A stretch of DNA of 64,000 nucleotides, from the NCBI GenBank assembly GCA_030610855.1, contig JAUWQY010000003.1:9743-73742 (forward strand), read 5' to 3'. This stretch comes from Dehalococcoidia bacterium (lineage in GTDB: Bacteria > Chloroflexota > Dehalococcoidia > GIF9 > AB-539-J10). Each line of letters opens with the position of its first letter. Within the stretch, counting starts at the first letter, position 1. Under the pieces are notes generated by a model, which did no database searches, had not been told where the DNA came from, and saw only the letters and a list, made by a program, of their open reading frames with translations. The translations under genes and the position numbers were made by a program. Positions 17,056 to 25,279 of this stretch are shown one piece after another.

Positions 17056-17850
17056 TTCAGTTCCTTGGGGCTTTTGGCCCCATCGCTGGCCGCTAACAAG
17101 CCAAAGCCGGCTAGCGGCCAGTACATGGAATCAAAAACATAACTCCCCCGACCACGAAAGCCGGGGGGCTGAGCCTCGCGCCATTCTCCCTGTGACAGTC
17201 CACCCGTCCACCACGTCACGGTAGTTCCACCTGGGACTTTTGCAGGCGGATAGACTCTCATGGCCGGTAAGGGCCTTGGGGGCTTGCTATACTGCCCCTG
17301 CTGACGGCCGAACACACGCCCCGCTTACCCCACGGAGCCTCTACCAAGTAAGGACGTGGGAAAGGCGTATGCCGGCTGATGCCAGCCGCGCCCTGTGCTC
17401 TTGGAGCTAGGGGGAGATACCCCACAGCCGTACCATGAGCTGCAACCACCGTGCCAGCAGTCCACCTTTGACGTAGGCGCACTATGGCAATTGCACCCCG
17501 GTCCTTTTACGTCAGGCGGGACGGCAACCGATTCGCTCGTCGCACGCTAGGCTGATTTAGGCCAGCCGGTCCCCGTAGCTTAACCTCGCACCACGGCTAG
17601 GGCCAGGACTCGACCTTATCCCGGGAGCTGCGTTTGGAATACCCTATGCCTGGCGGTCAGACCGCAGGCATCCCGGTGTGCTCTATGTTAAGCTATTGGC
17701 TCAGGTGCCCGCGTCCCCCACCTCTAACTTAGAGGTCAGCCCCGAAAGCCCCGAGTGTGGGCACGGGTTAGGATTCCTCGGCCGCTCATAGAGTATGGGC
17801 CGTTGCAATAGCAAAGGCGACGGGCCCGAAGGCCCGCCGCCCCCACAGAT
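17056..17850 (-). ncRNA. Candidate large structured non-coding/leader RNA
   Basis: No credible ORF; more than 12 adjacent stem-loops, a cUUCGg tetraloop, long-range stems; lies directly downstream of promoter copy B. Confidence 0.55.
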
Positions 17851-17857
17851 CGCTCAA

Positions 17858-17893
17858 TAAAGCTAATCCGACATGTAGCGGTTTTTGTTACAT
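17858..17893 (-). promoter_or_regulatory. Putative ECF-sigma promoter, copy B
   Basis: TGTAACA-N15-CGGATTAGCTTTA. Confidence 0.6.
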
Positions 17894-18586
17894 TAGCTAT
17901 GCTTTGGCTTTGAGCGGTGTTAGTTGATCAGTAGCTTATATCCCTCAGCTTTGACCCAGCGGCTAAGCCGCTGCCGCTCTGTGTTGCCCAGGCTTTGCGT
18001 TTGCTTAGGCCTGCCGCCTTTGGCGTTGCGCGGCGCTCCGAGCGGTTTGCCTTGCAGGCGCTTCAATACCAGGCCCTGAATATCCTTCGGGATTTGCTGC
18101 CATAGCCGCCGCGCATCGAGTCTGTCAATCATTTTAGCTTCAAACTCTACTTCGCCAACTAGCAATTCAGCCAGTTCTACCTCTTCTCCGTCGCTGTTTG
18201 TTATAACTTCGGATAGATAACCCTGGTGGAATTGACTGTGCAGCTTGTACTTCGCCCACCAGTTCTGCCAGTCACGCCGCGCTATGGTGTAGGCGAAGGC
18301 CGGATCTTCAGTACCGGCGGCCAGGATTGCTGTCATGAGTTCCTGGAACATATCCTGGCGCTCATTAGCCGGCACTTTGCGGCTGAAGATATATGCCGCT
18401 TCGACTGCCAGCCTGGCATTCAGTCCCAGGCCCTCGAGTGATTGCCGCGTTTGCTTCACAAGCTCAATATAATCATCATCAACGGCAAAATTAGGCCCCA
18501 GGAATGCTTTGCTCACTCTGTGGTATGTAGTATTTAACATGTTCGATCCCCCCGTTTTGTTATTTACTACATGCCGGATTAGCTTT
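17859..18586. repeat. 20-bp inverted repeat pair flanking the sigma-like gene
   Basis: aaagctaatccgacatgtag (17859-17878) versus ctacatgccggattagcttt (18567-18586), 19/20 complementary. Confidence 0.85.
17920..18540 (-). CDS. ECF-type sigma-factor-like protein
   Basis: Region 2-like ERQDMFQE...AFAYTIARRDWQNWWAK; region 4-like LWQQIPKD...ERQRLSRW; 206 aa. Confidence 0.6.
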   Translation of the reverse strand: MLNTTYHRVSKAFLGPNFAVDDDYIELVKQTRQSLEGLGLNARLAVEAAYIFSRKVPANERQDMFQELMTAILAAGTEDPAFAYTIARRDWQNWWAKYKLHSQFHQGYLSEVITNSDGEEVELAELLVGEVEFEAKMIDRLDARRLWQQIPKDIQGLVLKRLQGKPLGAPRNAKGGRPKQTQSLGNTERQRLSRWVKAEGYKLLIN

Positions 18587-18848
18587 GGCTGTATTCAGTT
18601 GTTAATGTTCAAATTCGATGATTCCATCATCACACAAAAGGACAGAAAGTGATATTTCAAAATGAACCTATATTCCCGTGATATTGGCTGGGCAGCTTCA
18701 TTTTGTCTGGATGATTGGAATTAGCTCAAATGGCGAACGCCAGTCCACCCCTAGGTAATAGAGGGACTGCTCAGGCAGAGCCGCAGGGGGCAGCGTGCTA
18801 TATTAAGGGCAAGACCAAGAGGGCTGACCTCACTAGCAAGCTGGCGAT

Positions 18849-19481
18849 TTACTCGACTTCTATGACTTTGACTCTGTGTTGTGGTTTGTTCAATTCTGTA
18901 ATCTCCAGCAGCTTCTCCTTGGACACAGGTAAACGCAGCTTTCCTGCACGAACGTCACCGACTAGCCCGTCAATCAAGAGAGAGAATGCGTCTTCACTGA
19001 AAAGGAGATAGTCATTTTCCCGTAGTTTGCTCATAATCTCGGACTGTGGTCGACGTGATTCACGGGCTAACTGAGATACAGAGATGCCCCTGACATCGTC
19101 AGGCAGCCCCCTGGGGCCGATACATACCATGACCAGCCCTAAAGGTTGTTGTTTATCAGTGGGACCCTGGAGTAGACAATCTGTGATAGCTGACAGCCTG
19201 CCTTTGGAAACTATCGCTGTCACAGCCAATTCAACCAGGGACAACATCAGCTTCGCCTCCCCGTGACCACGACTGGCTGAAGCCTCAATCTCTCTCAACT
19301 GCTGCAACTGCTCCACAATAGTACGGTATACTGCTCTCAGACTTGACGCTTCATCCTCTCGCTTCAGCCGGGTCTCTTCTCGGGCAAATAGTGCGTCCAG
19401 AGCGAGACCCGTTTCGGTCAGGTTGTTCGCCTTGGACGGCAAATCCTCCAGGCGGCTATGAAATGGTTTCAGATCTCCCAT
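18849..19481 (-). CDS. Hypothetical protein
   Basis: 210-aa ORF overlapping the upstream gene. Confidence 0.65.
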   Translation of the reverse strand: MGDLKPFHSRLEDLPSKANNLTETGLALDALFAREETRLKREDEASSLRAVYRTIVEQLQQLREIEASASRGHGEAKLMLSLVELAVTAIVSKGRLSAITDCLLQGPTDKQQPLGLVMVCIGPRGLPDDVRGISVSQLARESRRPQSEIMSKLRENDYLLFSEDAFSLLIDGLVGDVRAGKLRLPVSKEKLLEITELNKPQHRVKVIEVE

Positions 19482-20836
19482 GCTTCTAAATCGTTGATCA
19501 GCCTCTCAGCGGTAAGCGACAGTCCTGTGTATTGCAGAGAGTAGCTATGTTGGCGTTTCAGCCAGATGCCGAGGCCTCGAACAACTGGTAAGACGAGGGT
19601 CTTGACCCGGTTGCCTGCGATATCTTCCTCGCCTCTTATTAAAGCTGGCAAGTCGTTGAGCCATTCGCTAACCTGAAGAATCCCCTGGCATCGCCCGACC
19701 TCACTGCCCACTTCAAGGGCTTGGTCCCTGAGCCGCCTTATCTCCGCCAGAGCCTCCTCGTTTCCGCGTCGCAGTTCCTCGCCGAAGTTATCGATTGCCT
19801 CCTGAGCGATAGGGATGATCATGGCGATCTCTTGGCTCACGTTCTCCCTAGTTTCCTTAATGCTGGCCTCCAGATTCATCTTCTCCTGTTTGAGGCTGTC
19901 AATAACTGCCCCGGTGGCCTCTATCTCACTCTTGCTCCTGGCAATAGCTTGCTTCATCCTATCCATCTCCTGCTGTCGGCTCTGGATTAGCGTTTCGAAG
20001 GTCAGCCCTTTCTCGAGACTCCCAAGCTCGTGCAGTAACCGGCTCCTGAGTTCGGAGGACTTGATAGCGTGATGCTGGGCAATCGCTTGTAGCTTTTCCT
20101 GAAACTCACTCAATTCCTTGAGGGTGAACCCTATATCCTCAAGCTTCTGCGTCTCGCGCTTCAGAGCGGAGAGGGTTGTTTCCGCCTTCTGGGCCTTGGG
20201 CTCCATGTTAGCAATCCGGCGTGACAGTGTGCGTTCACGTCTCTCCAGGTCCTTGACCCGAGGGGTTAGCAGTTTGCTCTTCTGTTCGAGCATGGCTACT
20301 GAGCTGGCCAGTTCCTCTCTCTGCCTGGTTAGGTCGGCGAGCTGCTTTTGGCAGTGCTTCACTTTGTTTGACATAGGTTCCAGGTCGGTGGCTTTCTTCT
20401 CCAGTTCGCGAACTTTGTTATCGAGAGCCTCGAGGCTCAAGCCGCTCCTCTGCTGGACCTGCTGAATACTGTAGACCAGTTGGACGAACTCCCTGGCATC
20501 GTCCTCGTCTGGCACCGACTTAAGAATCATCGGCCAGCGGTCGATGTCGGCCGGCTCGAGCCCGAGTTCGTTGATTCGATTCAGAAGGATGAGCCCCGTA
20601 GCGCACTGCCCGGGAGTTAGTTTTGACCGTTTCAGGTCGAAGGACAACTCCCGAAGCGTTTCGATGTGTTCACCGATATCGGCCGCCTCGGGAAAGCTTC
20701 CTGCCTTCAACTCAGCGACGACGTTGGCCACTGTCCCTTTACTGATACTGCCTCTGGCGGCAATATCATCATAGGACAGGCCGGACAGGTAAAGCCTGAC
20801 AATGGTGAGTTTCTTTTTCGCTGTTAACTTCTCCAT
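19469..20836 (-). CDS. N-terminal HTH plus long coiled-coil protein (KfrA-like architecture)
   Basis: LYLSGLSYDDIAARGSISKGTVANVV; heptad-rich body; AAAGGAG RBS. Confidence 0.75.
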   Translation of the reverse strand: MEKLTAKKKLTIVRLYLSGLSYDDIAARGSISKGTVANVVAELKAGSFPEAADIGEHIETLRELSFDLKRSKLTPGQCATGLILLNRINELGLEPADIDRWPMILKSVPDEDDAREFVQLVYSIQQVQQRSGLSLEALDNKVRELEKKATDLEPMSNKVKHCQKQLADLTRQREELASSVAMLEQKSKLLTPRVKDLERRERTLSRRIANMEPKAQKAETTLSALKRETQKLEDIGFTLKELSEFQEKLQAIAQHHAIKSSELRSRLLHELGSLEKGLTFETLIQSRQQEMDRMKQAIARSKSEIEATGAVIDSLKQEKMNLEASIKETRENVSQEIAMIIPIAQEAIDNFGEELRRGNEEALAEIRRLRDQALEVGSEVGRCQGILQVSEWLNDLPALIRGEEDIAGNRVKTLVLPVVRGLGIWLKRQHSYSLQYTGLSLTAERLINDLEAWEI

Positions 20837-20884
20837 TCTCACTCTCCTTTTATAGGTGATTCTTGCACCCACAAATCCTGGATA

Positions 20885-20957
20885 TTTGAACTTGATTTGA
20901 ACGACGCGAACAGCACTTGAACGGAGTCCTGAACATTATTTGAACGCAAACTGAACA
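20885..20957. repeat. Seven phased (T)GAAC direct repeats
   Basis: GAAC at 20888, 20899, 20908, 20919, 20931, 20942, 20953. Confidence 0.75.
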
Positions 20958-21033
20958 CGAGATCCTCCTCTGATTCTCCTTGTATTTCATCAGTCAGAAA
21001 CTGTTTCCGGCTCCGCGTCCCGTCGACCGGATT

Positions 21034-21540
21034 TCAGCCGTAACAAGCGCGATGGGGGTTTCGCCAGGCAATCTCGCCCGCCTCTCTACCTGCCTTTGTG
21101 AGGCGGAAATTCCGGCGCGGCGGACCGGGCGGATAATGGTCCTGAAAAGTGGATGGCTCTTCGTGTCCGGCAGGTTGGACCCAGCCTAGCCGCCGAATCG
21201 TCGAGAAGTAAACAATGAAAGAATGGTATCTGCAGCCTCGCGATTTGTAAGGCATTCGTGACAGATATTGCTCAGCCAGCTTCTCGATGTTATCGGGCTC
21301 TATGGAACGTTGCCCTCGCCGGGCTTGCCTTTCCTCCGCTCTCGTCGCCTCGTCCACTGCTGTAGCACGCATCAACGCCCGCTTATAGTAGAAGAATATA
21401 TCGCTTTGACAAGCTCCGAGCTCAGGGTCAATTGACGGCGAGCCAAGTGGGCCGTGCCCCAAAAGAAACCTCAAGACAAACGTGCCGCAGCCGATAGCTC
21501 TCAGGAATCCGCCTCGGGCTGGTTTCAGCAGTTCAGACAC
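21034..21540 (-). CDS. Hypothetical protein, C-terminal winged-helix-like
   Basis: YFSTIRRLGWV...FRLTKAG; GAGGTG RBS. Confidence 0.6.
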   Translation of the reverse strand: MSELLKPARGGFLRAIGCGTFVLRFLLGHGPLGSPSIDPELGACQSDIFFYYKRALMRATAVDEATRAEERQARRGQRSIEPDNIEKLAEQYLSRMPYKSRGCRYHSFIVYFSTIRRLGWVQPAGHEEPSTFQDHYPPGPPRRNFRLTKAGREAGEIAWRNPHRACYG

Positions 21541-21573
21541 TTCGCTTCACCTCAGAGATGCTGGATGTGCCGA

Positions 21574-22260
21574 TCAATCTTCCTTGCTCCAGAGTTTCTG
21601 ATACCATTCTTGATGTTCTGTGCCTGATATCTTTCGATACCGGGCTGTAGTGTTGAAGCTTTGGTGGCCTAAATGCTCCTGAAGAAGCCGCAGCCCGTCG
21701 CCTGAATCATCAAGTTTTACTGCATGGACTGCGAAGGCATCGCGCAATCGGTGCGGGCTGACGTTATGAACTCTTCCGGTCTCAGGATTCACAAGCTTTG
21801 GTAGACCTGCTCTTTCAGCACAGGTACGGACTATCTGCCAACCTCGATGCCGGTTTATTCCGAAGATAAACAACTTACCGTCTCTGGATACCGGGCCGTC
21901 GCGTCCGATGTACTCCTTCAGCATGCCCAAAGTACCACTGTCTACCGGCAGCACCCTCTGCCGACGACGTTCCTGTTCCTCAGCCTGAGCCTTGTCAATC
22001 ATGCTCCCGCACTTGGGGCAAAATGCGTGGCTTCTGCCCAGTCTCTGTCCACACTCGCTACACGATAGTTTTAGGCGAGCTTTGAGGTGTTTGATTGTGA
22101 CTATGTCATGTTCAAAGTCCACATCTTCAACAGTCAAAGCTAGAGCCTCACTGATTCGGCAACCAAGATGGAATAACACGCGGATCAACAGCCTATCCCT
22201 CACAGTGGTGGCTGCCCTCTCCATCAGAGTTACCTCGTGTGGTTCAACGTAGGCTTTCAT
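21574..22260 (-). CDS. Small tyrosine recombinase (catalytic domain only) with zinc-ribbon insert
   Basis: GCRISEAL, HRLR, LGH, TTARY; CSEC..CPKC. Confidence 0.9.
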   Translation of the reverse strand: MKAYVEPHEVTLMERAATTVRDRLLIRVLFHLGCRISEALALTVEDVDFEHDIVTIKHLKARLKLSCSECGQRLGRSHAFCPKCGSMIDKAQAEEQERRRQRVLPVDSGTLGMLKEYIGRDGPVSRDGKLFIFGINRHRGWQIVRTCAERAGLPKLVNPETGRVHNVSPHRLRDAFAVHAVKLDDSGDGLRLLQEHLGHQSFNTTARYRKISGTEHQEWYQKLWSKED

Positions 22261-22515
22261 TCTTTCTTGTCTGTTACCTCTCTCCTAGGCTTGCCGGACA
22301 TTTAGCAGCTTGAGCATCTATCGCCTCACTGATTGCCTCCTGTAACCAATAGGCATCTGCCCGCCGATAATTGCCTCCAATGGCCAGTGCCAGACACATG
22401 GCAGGCCACAGCGCCGAACCTACGGGCGCTAGCAATCGCACCCCAGCTGGCGGGTGGATTTGATGCAACAGCCGATCTCTGCGAGAAACTAGTCACATAG
22501 GGTAGCCCTTTCAGG

Positions 22516-22761
22516 CTAATGTGGTTCATCCTGTCCCTCCCTCGTCACTTGGTTTTCGTTCGCCTTGCCTGCTGAAGACAAGAATTCCTCCAGCGCCTTC
22601 CGGGGGACAACGAGGCGCCGTTGTCCAATGCGAATCGCTGGAATGCCTCCGCTGTTGGCTAAGAGATACGCTGTACCACGGCTAATGCCCAGTATTTTTG
22701 CAGTTTCCTCGACAGTGAAAACTAATCGGTCAATCTTCCCGCGGTCAGTCTCCATTTTCAT
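22516..22761 (-). CDS. Excisionase-like HTH_17 protein
   Basis: FTVEETAKILGISRGTAY...IPAIRIG. Confidence 0.85.
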   Translation of the reverse strand: MKMETDRGKIDRLVFTVEETAKILGISRGTAYLLANSGGIPAIRIGQRRLVVPRKALEEFLSSAGKANENQVTREGQDEPH

Positions 22762-22874
22762 CCTCCTGGTAGTTGACTAGAGCCATCACTATGTATTATA
22801 ATTGAGACTAATAGGACTTACCAGGTTTACCATTAGGAACAACAATCACGCATTTTAGGAATTAGAGGAATAGC

Positions 22875-23831
22875 ATGCCAACTAAGGGTCTACGGGCTTG
22901 GATTGGGGATGATGAGGAACTTCAAATTTGTCGTTACACACTTGAGTTTCGTGATATGCGGCGCACCAAGCTAGCAGAGAAGATACGGGCCGAAGTGCAT
23001 TGGCCGGGCAAGCGTCCCGAAATCGAGGTGTTGGAGCGCAAAATTTCACATTACCGGAAACACGCTGTTGATCATCCTGAAGACAAGCCCTGGAGCATGG
23101 CTAGTCTAGACAGATACCCAATCTCTCCGCAGGCAATCCCGCCTGTGCTTGCGTGTTGGAAGAACGCTGTCCAAAGCGGTACCATCCTAACCATACGGGA
23201 AGCCAAATGGGCGTCGAGGCTCTACGCGCTCATGGCGGACGAAGTACACCAGAGCTTTATCTGGCATCATGGTGCCAAGTGGCTGGAGCTAGACACGTCG
23301 TGTAACAATGCAATCGTGAAGAAATCCTCTGCTCGGCAATCATCTAGGCGTAATAAAGAGACGGCCAGCGAGTTTTCACTACGGGCCGAAGAAGGTGATC
23401 ATGGAGCAATAGAATGCCCGAAATGTCGGACACCAATAGGAATAGGCCCCACAACTCGAACGGCCATATGTCTCGGCTGTGAAGGTCAGTTCGACATCGT
23501 TAGGATTCCAGCAGGGACCGAAGACCCAGGCACTCTTCGTAAAGAAACCTCCGTAGTGAAGACTATCCCGCCAATTATTGAAGGTGTTAGCTCCCTGACT
23601 TACTGCGCGAAAGGCTATGCGAACCTGGAGTTGATATATGACCTGATAGGTCAGCCTTTTGATTCAACATGTATGGATAGGCGAATTATGGGATTGGGCA
23701 GGTTGATACCTGACCTCAATGACGAGGCTTCGCTTTTGCCATATCTGGCAATGGCCATTCAAGACTTCAAAGACTTTAGAGACAAAGTGAGGAGGCTAAC
23801 CAATGAGAGGTCACATAAAAAAAAGAGGTAA
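22875..23831 (+). CDS. Hypothetical protein with zinc-ribbon insert, occupying the repressor position divergent from xis
   Basis: CPKC..CLGC; overlaps the integrase start. Confidence 0.6.
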   Translation: MPTKGLRAWIGDDEELQICRYTLEFRDMRRTKLAEKIRAEVHWPGKRPEIEVLERKISHYRKHAVDHPEDKPWSMASLDRYPISPQAIPPVLACWKNAVQSGTILTIREAKWASRLYALMADEVHQSFIWHHGAKWLELDTSCNNAIVKKSSARQSSRRNKETASEFSLRAEEGDHGAIECPKCRTPIGIGPTTRTAICLGCEGQFDIVRIPAGTEDPGTLRKETSVVKTIPPIIEGVSSLTYCAKGYANLELIYDLIGQPFDSTCMDRRIMGLGRLIPDLNDEASLLPYLAMAIQDFKDFRDKVRRLTNERSHKKKR

Positions 23832-24954
23832 GAACAGCTATTCCATCGTGGTCAGCTTGGGTAAGGATGCTACTACCGGCAAATACAAATACCAGTGGGT
23901 AAGCGTCAAGGGAACTAAAAAGGACGCCGAAAAGCGGCTTAGCGAGTTGCTGCACCAGCTCGATCACGGGGCTTTTATTAGGCCCGGTAGAACAACACTG
24001 AGGGAATACCTAGAGAAATGGCTCTCAGAGTACGTGAAACCCAACCTGTCACCGCGAGGCTTTGAAAGGTATCAAGGCATTGTCATACATTATTTTATCC
24101 CTGAAATGGGGAATATTATCCTGACGCAGCTAAAACCGGAGCACATTCAGAAGCACTATATCTCCATGTTCAATAAGGGCCTCACCGCCGGAACGGTTCG
24201 CTATCACCATGCTGTGATTCACAAGGCATTACAGACGGCTATCAAGTGGGGACTGTTAAACCATAACGCAGTTGAGGGTGCGGACGTACCCCACTCCCGT
24301 CAAAATGAGATGCAGACATGGGATGAATATGAAGTCAACCGCTTCTTGGAGACTACCAGGGGTAGTCATTACTATGCTCTATTCCACACGGCACTATTCA
24401 CCGGGATGCGACGGTCTGAATTGCTAGCATTGCAGTGGCGAGACATAGACCTCCATCAAATTCACGTTAACCGCTCACTTCACCAGCTAAGGGATGGTAG
24501 CTACGTGTTTACACCGCCGAAATCAGCCAAAAGTAGACGTACCGTAGCCCTCTCCCCTTCATCCGTTCTTACGCTAACAGAGCATAAAGAAAAGCAACAG
24601 GGAATGCGAGGCATGTTAGGGACACGGCTAAAGAACGATGACTTGGTCTTCAGCACACCGGATGGCAAGCCATTACGTCCTAACACGGTCACCCGTGCGT
24701 GGGCTACGTTGGCAGCTAAAGCAGGTGTCAAACCTATTCGCTTGCATGATGCACGCCACAGCCACGCCTCTTTGATGCTCAAGCAGGGGGTACACCCCAA
24801 GATAGTCCAAGAGAGGCTAGGCCATTCCAGTATTCAGATCACCCTTGATACTTACAGTCACGTAGCCCCTGGACTTCAGCAGGCAGCAGCGGAGAGCTTT
24901 GATAGACTGCTTAACAGCAAGAGTGAAGACCTGACTGTTGAAAATCATTATTAG
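23803..24954 (+). CDS. Tyrosine integrase (ICEBs1/phage type)
   Basis: MRGHIKKRG arm-binding N-terminus; TGMRRSE, LHDARH, LGHS, TLDTYSH. Confidence 0.95.
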   Translation: MRGHIKKRGKNSYSIVVSLGKDATTGKYKYQWVSVKGTKKDAEKRLSELLHQLDHGAFIRPGRTTLREYLEKWLSEYVKPNLSPRGFERYQGIVIHYFIPEMGNIILTQLKPEHIQKHYISMFNKGLTAGTVRYHHAVIHKALQTAIKWGLLNHNAVEGADVPHSRQNEMQTWDEYEVNRFLETTRGSHYYALFHTALFTGMRRSELLALQWRDIDLHQIHVNRSLHQLRDGSYVFTPPKSAKSRRTVALSPSSVLTLTEHKEKQQGMRGMLGTRLKNDDLVFSTPDGKPLRPNTVTRAWATLAAKAGVKPIRLHDARHSHASLMLKQGVHPKIVQERLGHSSIQITLDTYSHVAPGLQQAAAESFDRLLNSKSEDLTVENHY

Positions 24955-24967
24955 CATATTATTAGCA
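24947..24967. repeat. Tandem 10-bp direct repeat, probable integrase arm-type sites
   Basis: ATTATTAGCA-T-ATTATTAGCA between the integrase end and the tRNA. Confidence 0.55.
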
Positions 24968-25031
24968 AAACGACAAGAATAAGCCCCCTGTTCACAGAAT
25001 TTAGCTTCAAAACAGGGGGTGGCCTTATCAT

Positions 25032-25108
25032 TGGTAGCGCATACCGGATTCGAACCGGTGATCTCCTCCTTGAGAGGGAGGTGTCCTAGGCCTCTAGACG
25101 AATGCGCC
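25032..25108 (-). tRNA. tRNA-Glu(CTC)
   Basis: Cloverleaf, CCTCC-CT CTC AA-GGAGG, GTTCGAAT, encoded CCA. Confidence 0.97.
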
Positions 25109-25115
25109 GCACTAG

Positions 25116-25186
25116 CTGGGGATCCAGGATTCGAACCTGGCCTAACTGATCCAGAGTCAGTCGTCCTACCGCTAGACTAATCCCCA
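25116..25186 (-). tRNA. tRNA-Gln(CTG)
   Basis: ACTGA-CT CTG GA-TCAGT; acceptor TGGGGAT/ATCCCCA; CCA not encoded. Confidence 0.95.
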
Positions 25187-25196
25187 ACAGACCAGT

Positions 25197-25225
25197 ATTA
25201 TAGCTATTTTTGCTGTCTGGAGCAA
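25197..25225 (-). promoter_or_regulatory. Sigma70 promoter for the tRNA pair
   Basis: TTGCTC-N17-TATAAT. Confidence 0.6.
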
Positions 25226-25279
25226 CGAGAGAGAATCCGAAAGCAGCTCTACGTTGGCAGTTGATAACCTGGAGCGCAG

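Larger units (their letters stand above)
11600..25031. mobile_element. Integrative element at the tRNA-Glu 3' end; left boundary undetermined and may extend beyond the window
   Basis: Integrase adjacent to the tRNA 3' end, excisionase, second recombinase, phage/plasmid-type small genes. Confidence 0.8.

Noticed and set aside
16977-17482. ORF-track calls inside the structured leader
   Set aside because: No convincing RBS, G/P/A/R-rich composition typical of translated hairpins, and overlap with the real gene at 17041
20885-20957. GAAC repeats as LexA SOS boxes
   Set aside because: The box expected for this lineage is the inverted GAAC-N4-GTTC; these are direct repeats
22274-22529. Gene between xis and the small recombinase
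   Set aside because: Two overlapping short frames, neither convincing; possibly a decayed small regulator
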